Origin: Vicinamibacterales bacterium
GTDB lineage: Bacteria > Acidobacteriota > Vicinamibacteria > Vicinamibacterales > UBA2999
Assembly: GCA_050742535.1 (NCBI GenBank)
Contig: JBOGIQ010000003.1
Span: 1,368-65,367 of the forward strand
Length of the DNA: 64,000 bases
Direction: 5' to 3'
Shown here: piece after piece, positions 43,664-53,193 of the stretch
Layout: each line of letters opens with the position of its first letter
How positions within the stretch are numbered: position 1 is the first letter of the stretch
Notes under the pieces: generated by a model
What the model saw: the letters and a program-made list of their open reading frames with translations, nothing else
What the model was told of the DNA's origin: nothing
The model's database searches: none
Position numbers and translations under genes: made by a program

Positions 43664-44074
43664 GTGCTCATGAACCGTCGATGCTTCGTCATGGTGGCCG
43701 GTATCGCGTGGCTCGCCGGCGCGACCGCCTCGCAGGCACACCACTCGTTTGCGGCGGAGTACGACCGCGATCGGACGATCACCGTCACAGGCGTGGTCCA
43801 GAAACTCGAGTGGACGAACCCGCACGCGCGGATTTATGTGGAGGGGAAGGACGAAACGGGGAAGTTTCAGCTCTGGGACTTCGAGCTTGGCCCGCCGAAC
43901 GGTCTGATGCGAAATGGCTGGAACCGCAACTCGTTGCGGCAGGGCCATCAGGTGGTTGTCGACGGCTTCCGTTCGAAGACGTCGGACAAGGTTGCCAACG
44001 CGCGGACCGTCAAGCTCCCAGATGGCCGTCAGGTGTTCGCCGGATCGTCCTTCGATCCGGGCGAGGTCAAGTAG
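43664..44074 (+). CDS. DUF6152-like small secreted protein (136 aa)
   Basis: Signal peptide, then AHHSFAAEYDRDRTITVTGVVQKLEWTNPHARIYV. Divergently adjacent (11 nt) to paralog 8. Confidence 0.7.
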   Translation: MLMNRRCFVMVAGIAWLAGATASQAHHSFAAEYDRDRTITVTGVVQKLEWTNPHARIYVEGKDETGKFQLWDFELGPPNGLMRNGWNRNSLRQGHQVVVDGFRSKTSDKVANARTVKLPDGRQVFAGSSFDPGEVK

Positions 44075-44127
44075 AGGCCGACCTTGAGGTCGGCCTTTCA
44101 CCGGATAGGGTCCGCCTGAAGGCGGAC
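44075..44127. repeat. Two REP-type hairpins
   Basis: aggccgaccTTGAggtcggcct (44075-44096) and GTCCGCCTGAAGGCGGAC (44110-44127). The adjacent CTA (44129-31) is the TAG stop of the minus-strand gene. Confidence 0.85.
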
Positions 44128-44128
44128 A

Positions 44129-46090
44129 CTACGATGAGCAGTTGCTGCCGGTGCGTTTGCCGGCAATCCATTCCGCCAGCATTCGATACTCCGGATCGGT
44201 GCGGCTTTGCCACCGGCGGACGCCGTTGTGCGCATACGAGCCGCCGGCGTCCGGATGGAGCGGCTTGAGCAGGAACCGGCTGTGATCCGGATCGCCGGGG
44301 ACAATCACGCGCGAGATCAACTGAAACGCCCGATTGGCCTCGGCGTCGTTCCAACTGTCGCGCCCGTCACCCGGCGGCGCCGCAAACCCGATGATGCCTG
44401 CGTTGTGACAATTGCTGCAGCGGATGTGTCCTTCGCGCGGCTTGGCGAACACCTGCTGCACGCACGCCCTGAAAAATGCAAAGTCCAGCGTCGGCTCCGC
44501 CGGCGGGACATAGCGGTCAGTGGGCAGGCTGCGGATCCACTTGAGTACGGTCTGATACTCCGCATCCTCTCGCGAGTTCCAGTAGGTCCCGCCGGTATGA
44601 CCCAGTCCACCGGCGTTGGGCGCCAGCGGCTTGATCAGCAGGCGGCTGGCTTCCGGTTTCGAAGTGTTGATCAGCTGTGTGACGACATCGAAATTCGCAC
44701 GTGATTGCGCCACCGTCCATCCGGCATCAGTGGCCGGCGTCTGCAGGCTGAACCGGAGTTTCGTCTGCCAGGTGTGGCACATCACACACGACGCGTAGCC
44801 CGGCATCGTGCCGCCGCGCGCACGCAGGAAGAGCGGCTCGATGTTCTTGCGAAAGAAATCCACGTCCGCGGCCCCGCGGCTCGACGCCGCGTTCGCCGCC
44901 TGAACGCCTGTGGTGGCGACCGGCCTCGCGGGAGTCGGTGAGGCGCTGGCTCCGCTCGTGGCCGCCGGCGCATTCACGCGGTTCAGCGGCAGGATCGCCG
45001 TATTGATCCGCGCCGGGCGCGCGCCGACCTTGATCTTGTCGACAACCTGCAGCTTCTGCAGGTCGACGACTGCGGTGTAGTCGGCGCCGGATACGGCCAC
45101 GTACATGAAGCGGCTGTCCGGCGTCGGCGTCATCCAGTTCGCGGTTGGCCCGACCTCCACCGCGCCGATGTACGTGAGGCCAGGCAGGGTCCATCCGTAG
45201 ATCCGGCTGTCGAGGCGGCTCGATGCCCACACCGCCGATCGGTTTGGCAGGACCTCGAGCCCGTGCATGTCTCCCGTCTGAATGCCGTCCGCGTTCTGCG
45301 TCCAGGCAGGGAGCGCCGGCGGCCACAGCATGTCGACGACCTTGCGCGACGTCCAGTCGATGACCCACACGGCGTTGATGCCCGTTGCCTGCGCGAACAT
45401 CCGTTTCGTCGTGCCATCGGCGTTTGCCTCGAACGCCATCGGCCGCACTTCGTGGTTCCGGCGGCCGTACTGCTCGTGTCCGGTCAACTCCATGCTCCAC
45501 GCCACGGTATCCGTTGCCGGGTCGATCACCTGAATCGTCGGCTGGCCCGGCTTCACCTCGCCGCCAAGACCGGCAACGATCCACCGTTCGTCAGGCGTGA
45601 CATACGTGTTGTGCACCCCATGGTCGACGGGAATGCTTCGAACGAGCTTGTTCGTATCGACGTCGATCACGTCGATCACGGCGACACCGCTGCGCGGGAT
45701 CTGACGGATGCCCGCATAGATCTTGCGGTACTTCTTGTTGACGACAATCTTGTTCGGGCGCTCACTCAGCGGGATCTGCTGGATCTGCTGCAGCGTCCGC
45801 GTGTCGAAGACGTCGACCGTCTTGTCCTGTTCGTTCGAGCAGTAGTAGTAGAGGCTGTCCGGGTGCACCGCGAGGTTGTGTGCGTGCGGACAGCCCCGGA
45901 TCAGTCCGGCCACGCGGCGCGTGGTCGGATCGATCAGGTGATGGACATTCCCGGCGTTGTTGCTCTGCAGGATTCGGACGGCGACACCGGCGTACGAATC
46001 GAGCCGCGGGACCCCCTGTGCGGCGGCCTGTCCTGCCAGCAGCAGCACGGCAGCCGTGGTCGCCATCAACAGATGTGAACGAGCCATCAT
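44129..46090 (-). CDS. Secreted beta-propeller (YVTN-like) protein fused to a di-haem c-type cytochrome region (~653 aa)
   Basis: Signal peptide. The N-terminal ~380 aa have propeller-like repeats (VDVFDTRT, VIDVIDVDTNK, IQVIDPATD, VVDLQKLQV). The C-terminal part has CVMCH and CSNCH haem-binding motifs. GGGAGG precedes the ATG pair at 46090/46087. Confidence 0.7.
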   Translation of the reverse strand: MMARSHLLMATTAAVLLLAGQAAAQGVPRLDSYAGVAVRILQSNNAGNVHHLIDPTTRRVAGLIRGCPHAHNLAVHPDSLYYYCSNEQDKTVDVFDTRTLQQIQQIPLSERPNKIVVNKKYRKIYAGIRQIPRSGVAVIDVIDVDTNKLVRSIPVDHGVHNTYVTPDERWIVAGLGGEVKPGQPTIQVIDPATDTVAWSMELTGHEQYGRRNHEVRPMAFEANADGTTKRMFAQATGINAVWVIDWTSRKVVDMLWPPALPAWTQNADGIQTGDMHGLEVLPNRSAVWASSRLDSRIYGWTLPGLTYIGAVEVGPTANWMTPTPDSRFMYVAVSGADYTAVVDLQKLQVVDKIKVGARPARINTAILPLNRVNAPAATSGASASPTPARPVATTGVQAANAASSRGAADVDFFRKNIEPLFLRARGGTMPGYASCVMCHTWQTKLRFSLQTPATDAGWTVAQSRANFDVVTQLINTSKPEASRLLIKPLAPNAGGLGHTGGTYWNSREDAEYQTVLKWIRSLPTDRYVPPAEPTLDFAFFRACVQQVFAKPREGHIRCSNCHNAGIIGFAAPPGDGRDSWNDAEANRAFQLISRVIVPGDPDHSRFLLKPLHPDAGGSYAHNGVRRWQSRTDPEYRMLAEWIAGKRTGSNCSS

Positions 46091-46175
46091 GACCTCCCGC
46101 CACACGGCTTGACCCGCGGATTATACGGCCAACCTTTGGCTCCCATCCGCCGTCGAATGGGGGGGACACACACAG

Positions 46176-47141
46176 GTGAATCGATACAAGCGATCAATCG
46201 GCGCCGCTTCCATCACGCTGTTCGTCGTTGTCCTGACGGCCTGGTCGCCGCTGTCGGAAGCGGCCCAATCGAATGTCACTATCCTGCCGATCAGCCAGGA
46301 CGGCATCGTTGGACGCCTTTTTCTGTCTCCCGGTGCTGGCCGGCAGCCTGCCGTCATCATCATCGGCGGTTCGGAAGGAGGACTCGAATGGTCGGCGCCT
46401 TGGGGCGTGCCGCTCGTTGAATCAGGCTTTATCGCGTTGGCGCTTGCGTACTTCGGCACGAATCCACTCCCGGCTCGCCTCCAGTCGATTCCGCTGGAGT
46501 ACTTCACGACGGCCATCGAGTTCCTGCGTCAACATCCGAGAGTAGACGCGGAACGCCTCGGCCTGATGGGCTTCTCGAAAGGCGCGGAAGCCGCTCTGCT
46601 GATTGCCGCCAGTAGCCCTGCGATTCGAGCCGTCGTCGCTGCCTCGCCCAGCCATGTCGCGTGGCCCGGCATCACCGGCGATCCTCGTGTCGAAGCACCC
46701 TCCTGGACGCTGAATGGCGCGGCGGTGCCGTTCGTGCCCTACGACGTCCGCGGAGGCGTCACCACGCCCTTCGACGGCTACTCGCGCAGCCTTGGCAACG
46801 TTGAGGGCGTTTCGGCCGCGGAGATTCCTGCCGAGCGCATCAATGGTCCCGTGCTTCTGATATCCGGCGCGGACGACCGCATGTGGCCGGCGAGCCTGAT
46901 GGCGGATCGCGTGATGGAGCGTTTGCGTCGCAACGGCTTTCGGTTCTCCTACACGCATCTTCGGTTGGACGATGCAGGGCACGCCGTATTAGTTTCGCCA
47001 GCGGCATCTGGTGTCCCGCCAGCGCGTCTGGGTGGATCGCCTGACGCCAATCGCCGCGCTCGAGGTGAATCGTCGCGCGCGGCTATTGAGTTCCTCGAGG
47101 CTTCGTTAACAGATTCGAAGGGAACTACGAAAGCTCGCTAG
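46176..47141 (+). CDS. Alpha/beta hydrolase, BAAT/dienelactone-hydrolase-like, secreted (321 aa)
   Basis: Signal peptide, nucleophile elbow GFSKGAE, later D and H (DDAGH). Confidence 0.65.
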   Translation: MNRYKRSIGAASITLFVVVLTAWSPLSEAAQSNVTILPISQDGIVGRLFLSPGAGRQPAVIIIGGSEGGLEWSAPWGVPLVESGFIALALAYFGTNPLPARLQSIPLEYFTTAIEFLRQHPRVDAERLGLMGFSKGAEAALLIAASSPAIRAVVAASPSHVAWPGITGDPRVEAPSWTLNGAAVPFVPYDVRGGVTTPFDGYSRSLGNVEGVSAAEIPAERINGPVLLISGADDRMWPASLMADRVMERLRRNGFRFSYTHLRLDDAGHAVLVSPAASGVPPARLGGSPDANRRARGESSRAAIEFLEASLTDSKGTTKAR

Positions 47142-47277
47142 TCTCGGCTCAATCGACGGGGGACGGGCTGCTTCAGCTCTTCGATCCAGTTCTCGCCGAA
47201 CAGCCAGACTCTGCGTCTCCTGACCGGCCCCCGTCGCTGCCACAGCCGCCTTACATCGGTCCGAACGATCCCATCCT

Positions 47278-48342
47278 CTATCGTACGGCGGTCTGAGTGG
47301 CCGGCCCGGCTGCCTGTGGCCGCGACGCGACATAGGCGGCAATCGAGACGAAGTCGTCCGCCGTCAGTTTCGCGACGACAGGTTTCATCAGCTCCGACCA
47401 GCTGCCCTTCCGTGCGCCGGTCTGCATGTCGTACATCTGCCGCGCCAGATAACTCGGCGAACGGCCGCCGATGCCCGGCACCGGCCCCATCCCCTCCAGG
47501 TTCGCGCCGTGACAGGTCGCACAGGCGATCGTCCTGCCATTACCACCGCTGGTCGCGAGCGCCTGCCCCCGCCTGATGCTGCCCATCGGCGCATACGCGA
47601 CGAACCCAGACCGCGGGTCGCGCAGCACCTCGGTGCGCTCCGTGTTCTCGGGCGCTTCGATAATCCGGTTGCCGATCGGCTCGGTCTCGTTGCCGTCGAG
47701 CCGGAGGAACATCCCGCCCTGGATCCGGGTCCTCGGAACCGTACTCACCTCGACGACGCGGATCCACTGCGTCCAGGGCATTGCGCTGAAATACGTGGCA
47801 GCCTGCAGGATCTCCTCGTCCGTCATCGCTTTCGCGAACGCGATCATCCGATTCGTGTTGGCCTTCCGCGGGTCGGCGCTCTTCCGCAAATCGTTCTTGA
47901 AGTCCATCATCGTCTTGACGAAGTACTCGACCGGGTATCCCGCGACGGGCGCGTTCTCCGGACGACCTTTGCCATTGGGCATGTGGCACAAGGCGCAGGC
48001 CGCGACATTTTGCGCCTGTTTACCCCTGGCGACGATCTCAGGCATCTGCGGGTGGTCGCCTGGATACCAGTCCGCCGGTGCGTACTGGTTGGCGATCTGC
48101 GCACGGGTGAACTGCTGCGGGGCGCCCGGCAGGCTGTGCAGAGTCGTGTCCGGGGCGGCGGCGCCGCCGCGACCGCCTCCGGCGGCAGGCGCAGGAGCCG
48201 CGGTTGCCGGCGCTGCCCCGGCTGGTGGTGGGGGCATCGTTACGCCGTACGCCCATAATGGAAATTCTGCGACCGCCTGGAGTCCCGGCCTCGCCAGGGC
48301 ACCGACGAAAGCGACGATCGACACGCACAGCAGCCTTCGCAC
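47278..48342 (-). CDS. Di-haem c-type cytochrome (354 aa)
   Basis: Signal peptide, CALCH and CATCH motifs, AAGGGRGGAAAP tract. Confidence 0.8.
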   Translation of the reverse strand: MRRLLCVSIVAFVGALARPGLQAVAEFPLWAYGVTMPPPPAGAAPATAAPAPAAGGGRGGAAAPDTTLHSLPGAPQQFTRAQIANQYAPADWYPGDHPQMPEIVARGKQAQNVAACALCHMPNGKGRPENAPVAGYPVEYFVKTMMDFKNDLRKSADPRKANTNRMIAFAKAMTDEEILQAATYFSAMPWTQWIRVVEVSTVPRTRIQGGMFLRLDGNETEPIGNRIIEAPENTERTEVLRDPRSGFVAYAPMGSIRRGQALATSGGNGRTIACATCHGANLEGMGPVPGIGGRSPSYLARQMYDMQTGARKGSWSELMKPVVAKLTADDFVSIAAYVASRPQAAGPATQTAVR

Positions 48343-48360
48343 CGGGTCCTCCTTTCGTTG

Positions 48361-48378
48361 GTCCGCCTAAAGGCGGAC
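48361..48378. repeat. REP palindrome
   Basis: GTCCGCCTAAAGGCGGAC + ACTACG. Confidence 0.85.
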
Positions 48379-48402
48379 ACTACGACGCAGCGGCCCTACG
48401 AC

Positions 48403-48867
48403 TCAACGGGCGCGCCAACCCTCCGGCGGAATCCACGGCCCGCCGTTCGGACCGACCTCGTCGGGCCGGCCTGGCGGCAGGACCTTCTCGGCACGCGCGC
48501 GAACGTAGAGATACACCTGACCGACCTGTTTGTCGTCGAGCAGCTTGTTCCATGCCTGCATGGCGGTCTTCGGCACGCCGATACGGACGACCCGCAGGAA
48601 CTCCGCGCGCGTGATCTTCTCTGTTGGGTCGATCAGATTCGGCGCAGTGGTCGTTCCCAGCGCATCGACTCCGTGGCAGCGGTAACAGTACACATGCCAC
48701 CACTTCCATCCTTGATAGACCTCGCGATAGGTATCGGACCTGGCCGCCGGTTCGCCCGCCGCAGCCTTGGCGGAGGCGGGCGCTTGACCGGCAATCGTCG
48801 CGGACATGGCGAGCAGCAGTGCCACGGCCGATGCAGTGAGGCTGAATCGAACGCCGGTCGTCGTCAT
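48403..48867 (-). CDS. xoxG: Mono-haem cytochrome c, XoxG/cytochrome cL-like by context (154 aa)
   Basis: Signal peptide, CYRCH motif. The ATG overlaps the stop of the upstream xoxJ-like gene (ATGA). Confidence 0.6.
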   Translation of the reverse strand: MTTTGVRFSLTASAVALLLAMSATIAGQAPASAKAAAGEPAARSDTYREVYQGWKWWHVYCYRCHGVDALGTTTAPNLIDPTEKITRAEFLRVVRIGVPKTAMQAWNKLLDDKQVGQVYLYVRARAEKVLPPGRPDEVGPNGGPWIPPEGWRAR

Positions 48868-49673
48868 CGAGGTGTGCGTGGATTCTGATTCACGAGCGGT
48901 ACGCCGAAGTCCGTCAGGATTCGTGTGATCTCGGGCCTCCGCCTTTCGAGCACCTGCGCGACGCGCGCGTAAAGCGCCTCGTTGCCCTTTTTCACGCCCA
49001 TCGAGATGTCGAAGGTAAACGGGAGGTCGCCTTTGCCTGAGGGGATCGGCACGAGCTCCAGCGGCATGCGCTGCCGTTTCGCGTAGTAGCCCGCCACCGG
49101 TCCCCACACGATCGCCAGATCGACGCGTCCGGCGGCGACCGCCTCGATGATTGCCCCCGGCGGATTCGTCTCTGAATAGAACGTGCCGAAGCCGACCACG
49201 TTGTCGACGACGCCGCGTTTCGAAAGCTCGTGCACGGGCGGTGGGTTCGTGTAGTCGTCGCCGAGCAGGTGCACGCCAATCTTCAGCTTCTTGAGGCGTG
49301 GATCGTCGAGCGACGTGATCGCCCACCCTTTGTGCTTTGGATAGACGAAGACGTACGTCGATCGGTAGTACGGCTTCGTCGTCCGCACGAGGTCATACTG
49401 CAACGGCACACCGATGACCACGTCGCAACGACCTTCTTCGAGCGTCGCATTCATCGTGTTGCGGATAAAACCCTGCCGCTGCCCCCACCAGACGTAGCTC
49501 GGCGTCGCGCCCAAATCCTTCGCGACCAGCGCGGCGATGCGATTTTCGAAGCCTTCGAGGCGATCGTTCGAGAAGGGCATGTTCTGCGGGTCCGCGCACA
49601 CACGAAACCGTGTCTGCGCGCCCGCAGACCAGACGACCCAGAGCACGATCGCCGCCGACAGCGCGACCTTCAC
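48864..49673 (-). CDS. xoxJ: Quinoprotein-dehydrogenase-associated periplasmic substrate-binding protein (MoxJ/XoxJ-like, 269 aa)
   Basis: [14 protein letters not shown]...GFENRIA........[12 protein letters not shown]......CDVVIGVP is typical of TIGR03871-type proteins. GTG overlaps the xoxF stop (GTGA). Confidence 0.7.
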   Translation of the reverse strand: MKVALSAAIVLWVVWSAGAQTRFRVCADPQNMPFSNDRLEGFENRIAALVAKDLGATPSYVWWGQRQGFIRNTMNATLEEGRCDVVIGVPLQYDLVRTTKPYYRSTYVFVYPKHKGWAITSLDDPRLKKLKIGVHLLGDDYTNPPPVHELSKRGVVDNVVGFGTFYSETNPPGAIIEAVAAGRVDLAIVWGPVAGYYAKRQRMPLELVPIPSGKGDLPFTFDISMGVKKGNEALYARVAQVLERRRPEITRILTDFGVPLVNQNPRTPR

Positions 49674-51433
49674 GGCAAGCTGAACACCGTCAGCACACCC
49701 CCCTGGTTGCTATAGTTCGCCAGGTCCTTGAACGCGCCGATTGCGCCGAGCCCGGCTGTCGGATCCTCGAGGCTCATGTCAGCGGCGACGCCGATGCCTG
49801 ACCATCCGCCGATCCCTGAGAGCACCGCGACATACTGCTTGCCGTCGGGACCGGCGTAGGTCATCGGGTTGCCGATGATGCCGGACGGCGTCTTGAACTT
49901 CCACAGCACGTCGCCCGTCTTCGCATCGACCGCCTTCAGCCACCCTTCCATCGTCCCGTAGAAGACGACGTCGCCGGCCGTCGCGAGTGCACCGCCCCAC
50001 GCCGAGAGCTGCTCCTTGATGCCCCACACCTTCTTGCCGTTGACCGGATCCCAGGCCATGAATTCGCCGCGGTGGCCGCCTGGACCGGCTTTGCTGACGA
50101 CGATCGCGCCGACGTACGGCTGTCCCGCCTGATACTTCACCTCGACGCCCTCGTAGTCCATGCACAGGTTGTTGGAGGGAACGTAGAAGTATCCGGTTCT
50201 TGGCGAGAACGACACCGGCTGCTGATTCTTTCCACCCATTGCCGACGGGCAGATGTCCTTCGTATTCCTGGTCGCCGTCGTCTGCTTCTCCGGATCCTCG
50301 ATCGGCTTGCCGGTCTTGAGGTCGACGCCCTTCGCCCAGTTGACGAAGACGAACGGATCGGCCCGCAGCAGCTCGCCGGTCCTGCGATCGAGCACGTAGG
50401 CGAATCCGTTGCGATCGAAGTTGACGAGAACCTGTCGCGTCTGCCCGTTGATGTTCAGATCGACGAGCACGTTCTCGTTGATGCCGTCGTAATCCCACCT
50501 GTCGTGCGGGGTTTTCTGATACGCCCACGCCGCCTTGCCCGTGTCCGGATTGCGGGCAAAGATCGTCATCGAGTACTTGTTGTCCCCCGGCCGCTGATCG
50601 GGATTCCACGAACCGGGATTGCCTGTGCCGTAGTAAAAGAGATTCAGCGCCGGGTCATAGGTGTACCAGCCCCATGTGGTGCCTCCGCCACGCTTCCATT
50701 CGTCGCCCTTCCACGTTTCGACCGAGCCGGGGAAGCCAACGTCGGCCTCGGGTCCGGTGCTGTACATGCGCCAGATCTGCTTGCCCGTGCTCACGTCGTT
50801 CGCGGTGACGAAGCCGCGCACCCCGAACTCGCCGCCGGAGATTCCGGAGATGACCTTGTCCTTGATGATGAGCGGCGCCGAAGTCACCGTCTGGCCGACC
50901 TTGTAGTCGCCCTGCTTCGCGGTCCACACTTCCTGGCCCGTGTTCGCGTCGAGCGCCACCGTGGTCGTGTCCAGCTGGTTGAAGAAGATCTTGCCGTCCG
51001 CGTACGCGACGCCGCGGTTCACGGTGTCGCAGCAGGCGACAGGAATCACGTTGGGATCCTGCTTCGGCGTGTATTTCCACTTGATCGGCGCGCCTTCCTG
51101 CGTCAGGTCGAGCGCGTAGACGATGTTCGGATAGGGCGTGCTGACGTACATCGTGTTGCCGACCACCAGCGGACCGCCCTCGTGGCCGCGCAGCACCCCG
51201 GTCGAGAAGGACCACGCGACCTTGAGATCCTTGACGTTGCTGGCGTTGATCTCTTCGAGCGTGCTGTAGCGGGTCGCTGCCGCGTTCTTGTTCGGCATCG
51301 CCCATTCCTTGTCGGGGTTGTCGGCTGAAGCCGTCGGGCTGGATGCCGTGGAATCTGTGGTGCCGGTGCAACCGAAGGTGGCGACTACCCCGAGGAGGCC
51401 GACGACGCCGAACAACCTGGTCCACGTCTGCAT
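49670..51433 (-). CDS. xoxF: PQQ-dependent methanol/ethanol-family dehydrogenase, lanthanide (XoxF/ExaF)-type (587 aa)
   Basis: Signal peptide, vicinal disulfide ACCD, propeller W-motifs, and WDYDGINE, i.e. Asp two residues after the catalytic Asp as in lanthanide-dependent enzymes. Confidence 0.85.
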   Translation of the reverse strand: MQTWTRLFGVVGLLGVVATFGCTGTTDSTASSPTASADNPDKEWAMPNKNAAATRYSTLEEINASNVKDLKVAWSFSTGVLRGHEGGPLVVGNTMYVSTPYPNIVYALDLTQEGAPIKWKYTPKQDPNVIPVACCDTVNRGVAYADGKIFFNQLDTTTVALDANTGQEVWTAKQGDYKVGQTVTSAPLIIKDKVISGISGGEFGVRGFVTANDVSTGKQIWRMYSTGPEADVGFPGSVETWKGDEWKRGGGTTWGWYTYDPALNLFYYGTGNPGSWNPDQRPGDNKYSMTIFARNPDTGKAAWAYQKTPHDRWDYDGINENVLVDLNINGQTRQVLVNFDRNGFAYVLDRRTGELLRADPFVFVNWAKGVDLKTGKPIEDPEKQTTATRNTKDICPSAMGGKNQQPVSFSPRTGYFYVPSNNLCMDYEGVEVKYQAGQPYVGAIVVSKAGPGGHRGEFMAWDPVNGKKVWGIKEQLSAWGGALATAGDVVFYGTMEGWLKAVDAKTGDVLWKFKTPSGIIGNPMTYAGPDGKQYVAVLSGIGGWSGIGVAADMSLEDPTAGLGAIGAFKDLANYSNQGGVLTVFSLP

Positions 51434-51570
51434 ACGAGCTCCTAGTGCGCACGGCAGGTGCGCCTGATGCCGGAAGTGGACGGAATTATGTCGCTGCGCG
51501 CGGGGTTGTCAATGGGGCTCGAAGCTGGAAACACCCCTGATTCGACGTGCTGCTGTAAGATGCGCGCCGG

Positions 51571-53193
51571 ATGGACGCCTCACGACGGCGATTTCTCGAA
51601 CGCGCAGCAGTGGCTGCGGCGCTCGGGCTGATCGGCCCGCCGCCGCTTCGCGGCTTCGGAGGGGCACACGCTGGCCTGCGCGCGCAGGCCCGGCCGCCGG
51701 CGGCGCCGCAGGCAGTCGACCTGCACCTCGTCAATGGCAGATTTCACACAATGGATTCGGCCAGCCGCGTCGTATCCCAGGTGTGGATCAGGAACGGCCG
51801 CTTCGCCGGTGTCGGCGACAACCTGTCGACGCAGGGGAACCCGCGGCGGATCGATCTCCGCCGCCGCACGGTCATCCCGGGCATCGTCGATGCACACAAC
51901 CATATCGTTCTGGTCGGAAACCGCCCCGGGTGGCACACGCCGCTCGAGCACGTGTTCACGATCCCCGACTGCGTCGCGGCGTTGAACGCGCGCGCCAGCG
52001 GAGTGCCGGCTGGCGAGATGATCACGTGCGTCGGCCCGCTCGCCGCGATGCAGTTCGCCGGAAATCGTCTTCCGGATCTGACGGAGCTCGACGCGGTGCC
52101 GCGTCCGGTCTATCTACAGGCCGCACAGGGCGGCACGCGCACCAATTCAGAAGGGAAGAAGTGGCTCGAGGCGCGCGGCGTGATGGTTGCTGCTGACGGC
52201 GCGATCACCGGACCGGCGACCGGCCTGGCACTGCAGACGCTTCGCAGGGAACTGCTCACGGCCGAGACGCGCAAGCGTTCGGCGGCGGACGCACTGCGGT
52301 ACTACTCGACGCTCGGCGTCACCACGCATCGCGACTCGGGCGCGTTCCATGCCGACGCGCCGGCTCCCGGCATCGCCAGCGAGAACACCTACACGATGCA
52401 CGAGCCGTTTCTCGCGCTGATGCGGGAGGGTCGCCTGACCGCGCGGCTCCGGCTCGACTTCCTGCATCAGGATCCGCCGAATGCGAATCCGCCGCTGCCG
52501 ACCTTATCCGATCGGTTGAGGAACTCGTTTCCATTCTTCGGCAATGACTGGATCAGGACCGGGGGCATCGGCGAGTTCACCGGCGGCGGCCTCGACGGGC
52601 TGCGCGCCATCGCACGAGCCGGCTGGCGTGGCGAGGACCACTCGCTCAGTCTGCAGAACGCCACGCAGCTCATTACCGCTCGCGAGACGGTCAACAAGGA
52701 GATCCCGATCGGCAGCCTGCGCTGGATCATTTCGCACATTCCTGCCTTCACACCCGAACTCGCGGATCGCGCGAACGCACTCGGTATTGGCCTCCTGGTC
52801 GGCTGGGGGCCGACGCGCACCGGCACGAACGTCGGACCGCCGTACCGCATGCTGATGGGCCACGCCATCAGGAAAGCATTCCATTCGGATGGCGGAGACA
52901 TCACCGTGATCAACCCGTGGCTTAACTTCTCGACGATGATCACCGGCAGGAACCTGGCGGGGCAACCGATTCTGGGCGATCAAACGCTGTCGCGTCAGGA
53001 GACCCTCTGGCTCGCGACGGCCGCGACCAAGTGGTTCATCTGGGAGGACGATCTCGGCTCCATCGAAGTTGGCAACCACGCCGATCTTGCGGTGCTCGAC
53101 CGCGACTACTTTACCGTGCCAGACGATCAGATCACGCGTGTGCGGTCAGTGATGACCGTTGTGGGTGGCAAGGTTGTTCACAGCGAGATCTAG
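51571..53193 (+). CDS. Tat-exported amidohydrolase-family metallohydrolase (540 aa)
   Basis: Twin-arginine leader SRRRFLERAAVAAALG, metal motif GIVDAHNH, C-terminal GSIEVGNHADLAVLD. Confidence 0.75.
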   Translation: MDASRRRFLERAAVAAALGLIGPPPLRGFGGAHAGLRAQARPPAAPQAVDLHLVNGRFHTMDSASRVVSQVWIRNGRFAGVGDNLSTQGNPRRIDLRRRTVIPGIVDAHNHIVLVGNRPGWHTPLEHVFTIPDCVAALNARASGVPAGEMITCVGPLAAMQFAGNRLPDLTELDAVPRPVYLQAAQGGTRTNSEGKKWLEARGVMVAADGAITGPATGLALQTLRRELLTAETRKRSAADALRYYSTLGVTTHRDSGAFHADAPAPGIASENTYTMHEPFLALMREGRLTARLRLDFLHQDPPNANPPLPTLSDRLRNSFPFFGNDWIRTGGIGEFTGGGLDGLRAIARAGWRGEDHSLSLQNATQLITARETVNKEIPIGSLRWIISHIPAFTPELADRANALGIGLLVGWGPTRTGTNVGPPYRMLMGHAIRKAFHSDGGDITVINPWLNFSTMITGRNLAGQPILGDQTLSRQETLWLATAATKWFIWEDDLGSIEVGNHADLAVLDRDYFTVPDDQITRVRSVMTVVGGKVVHSEI

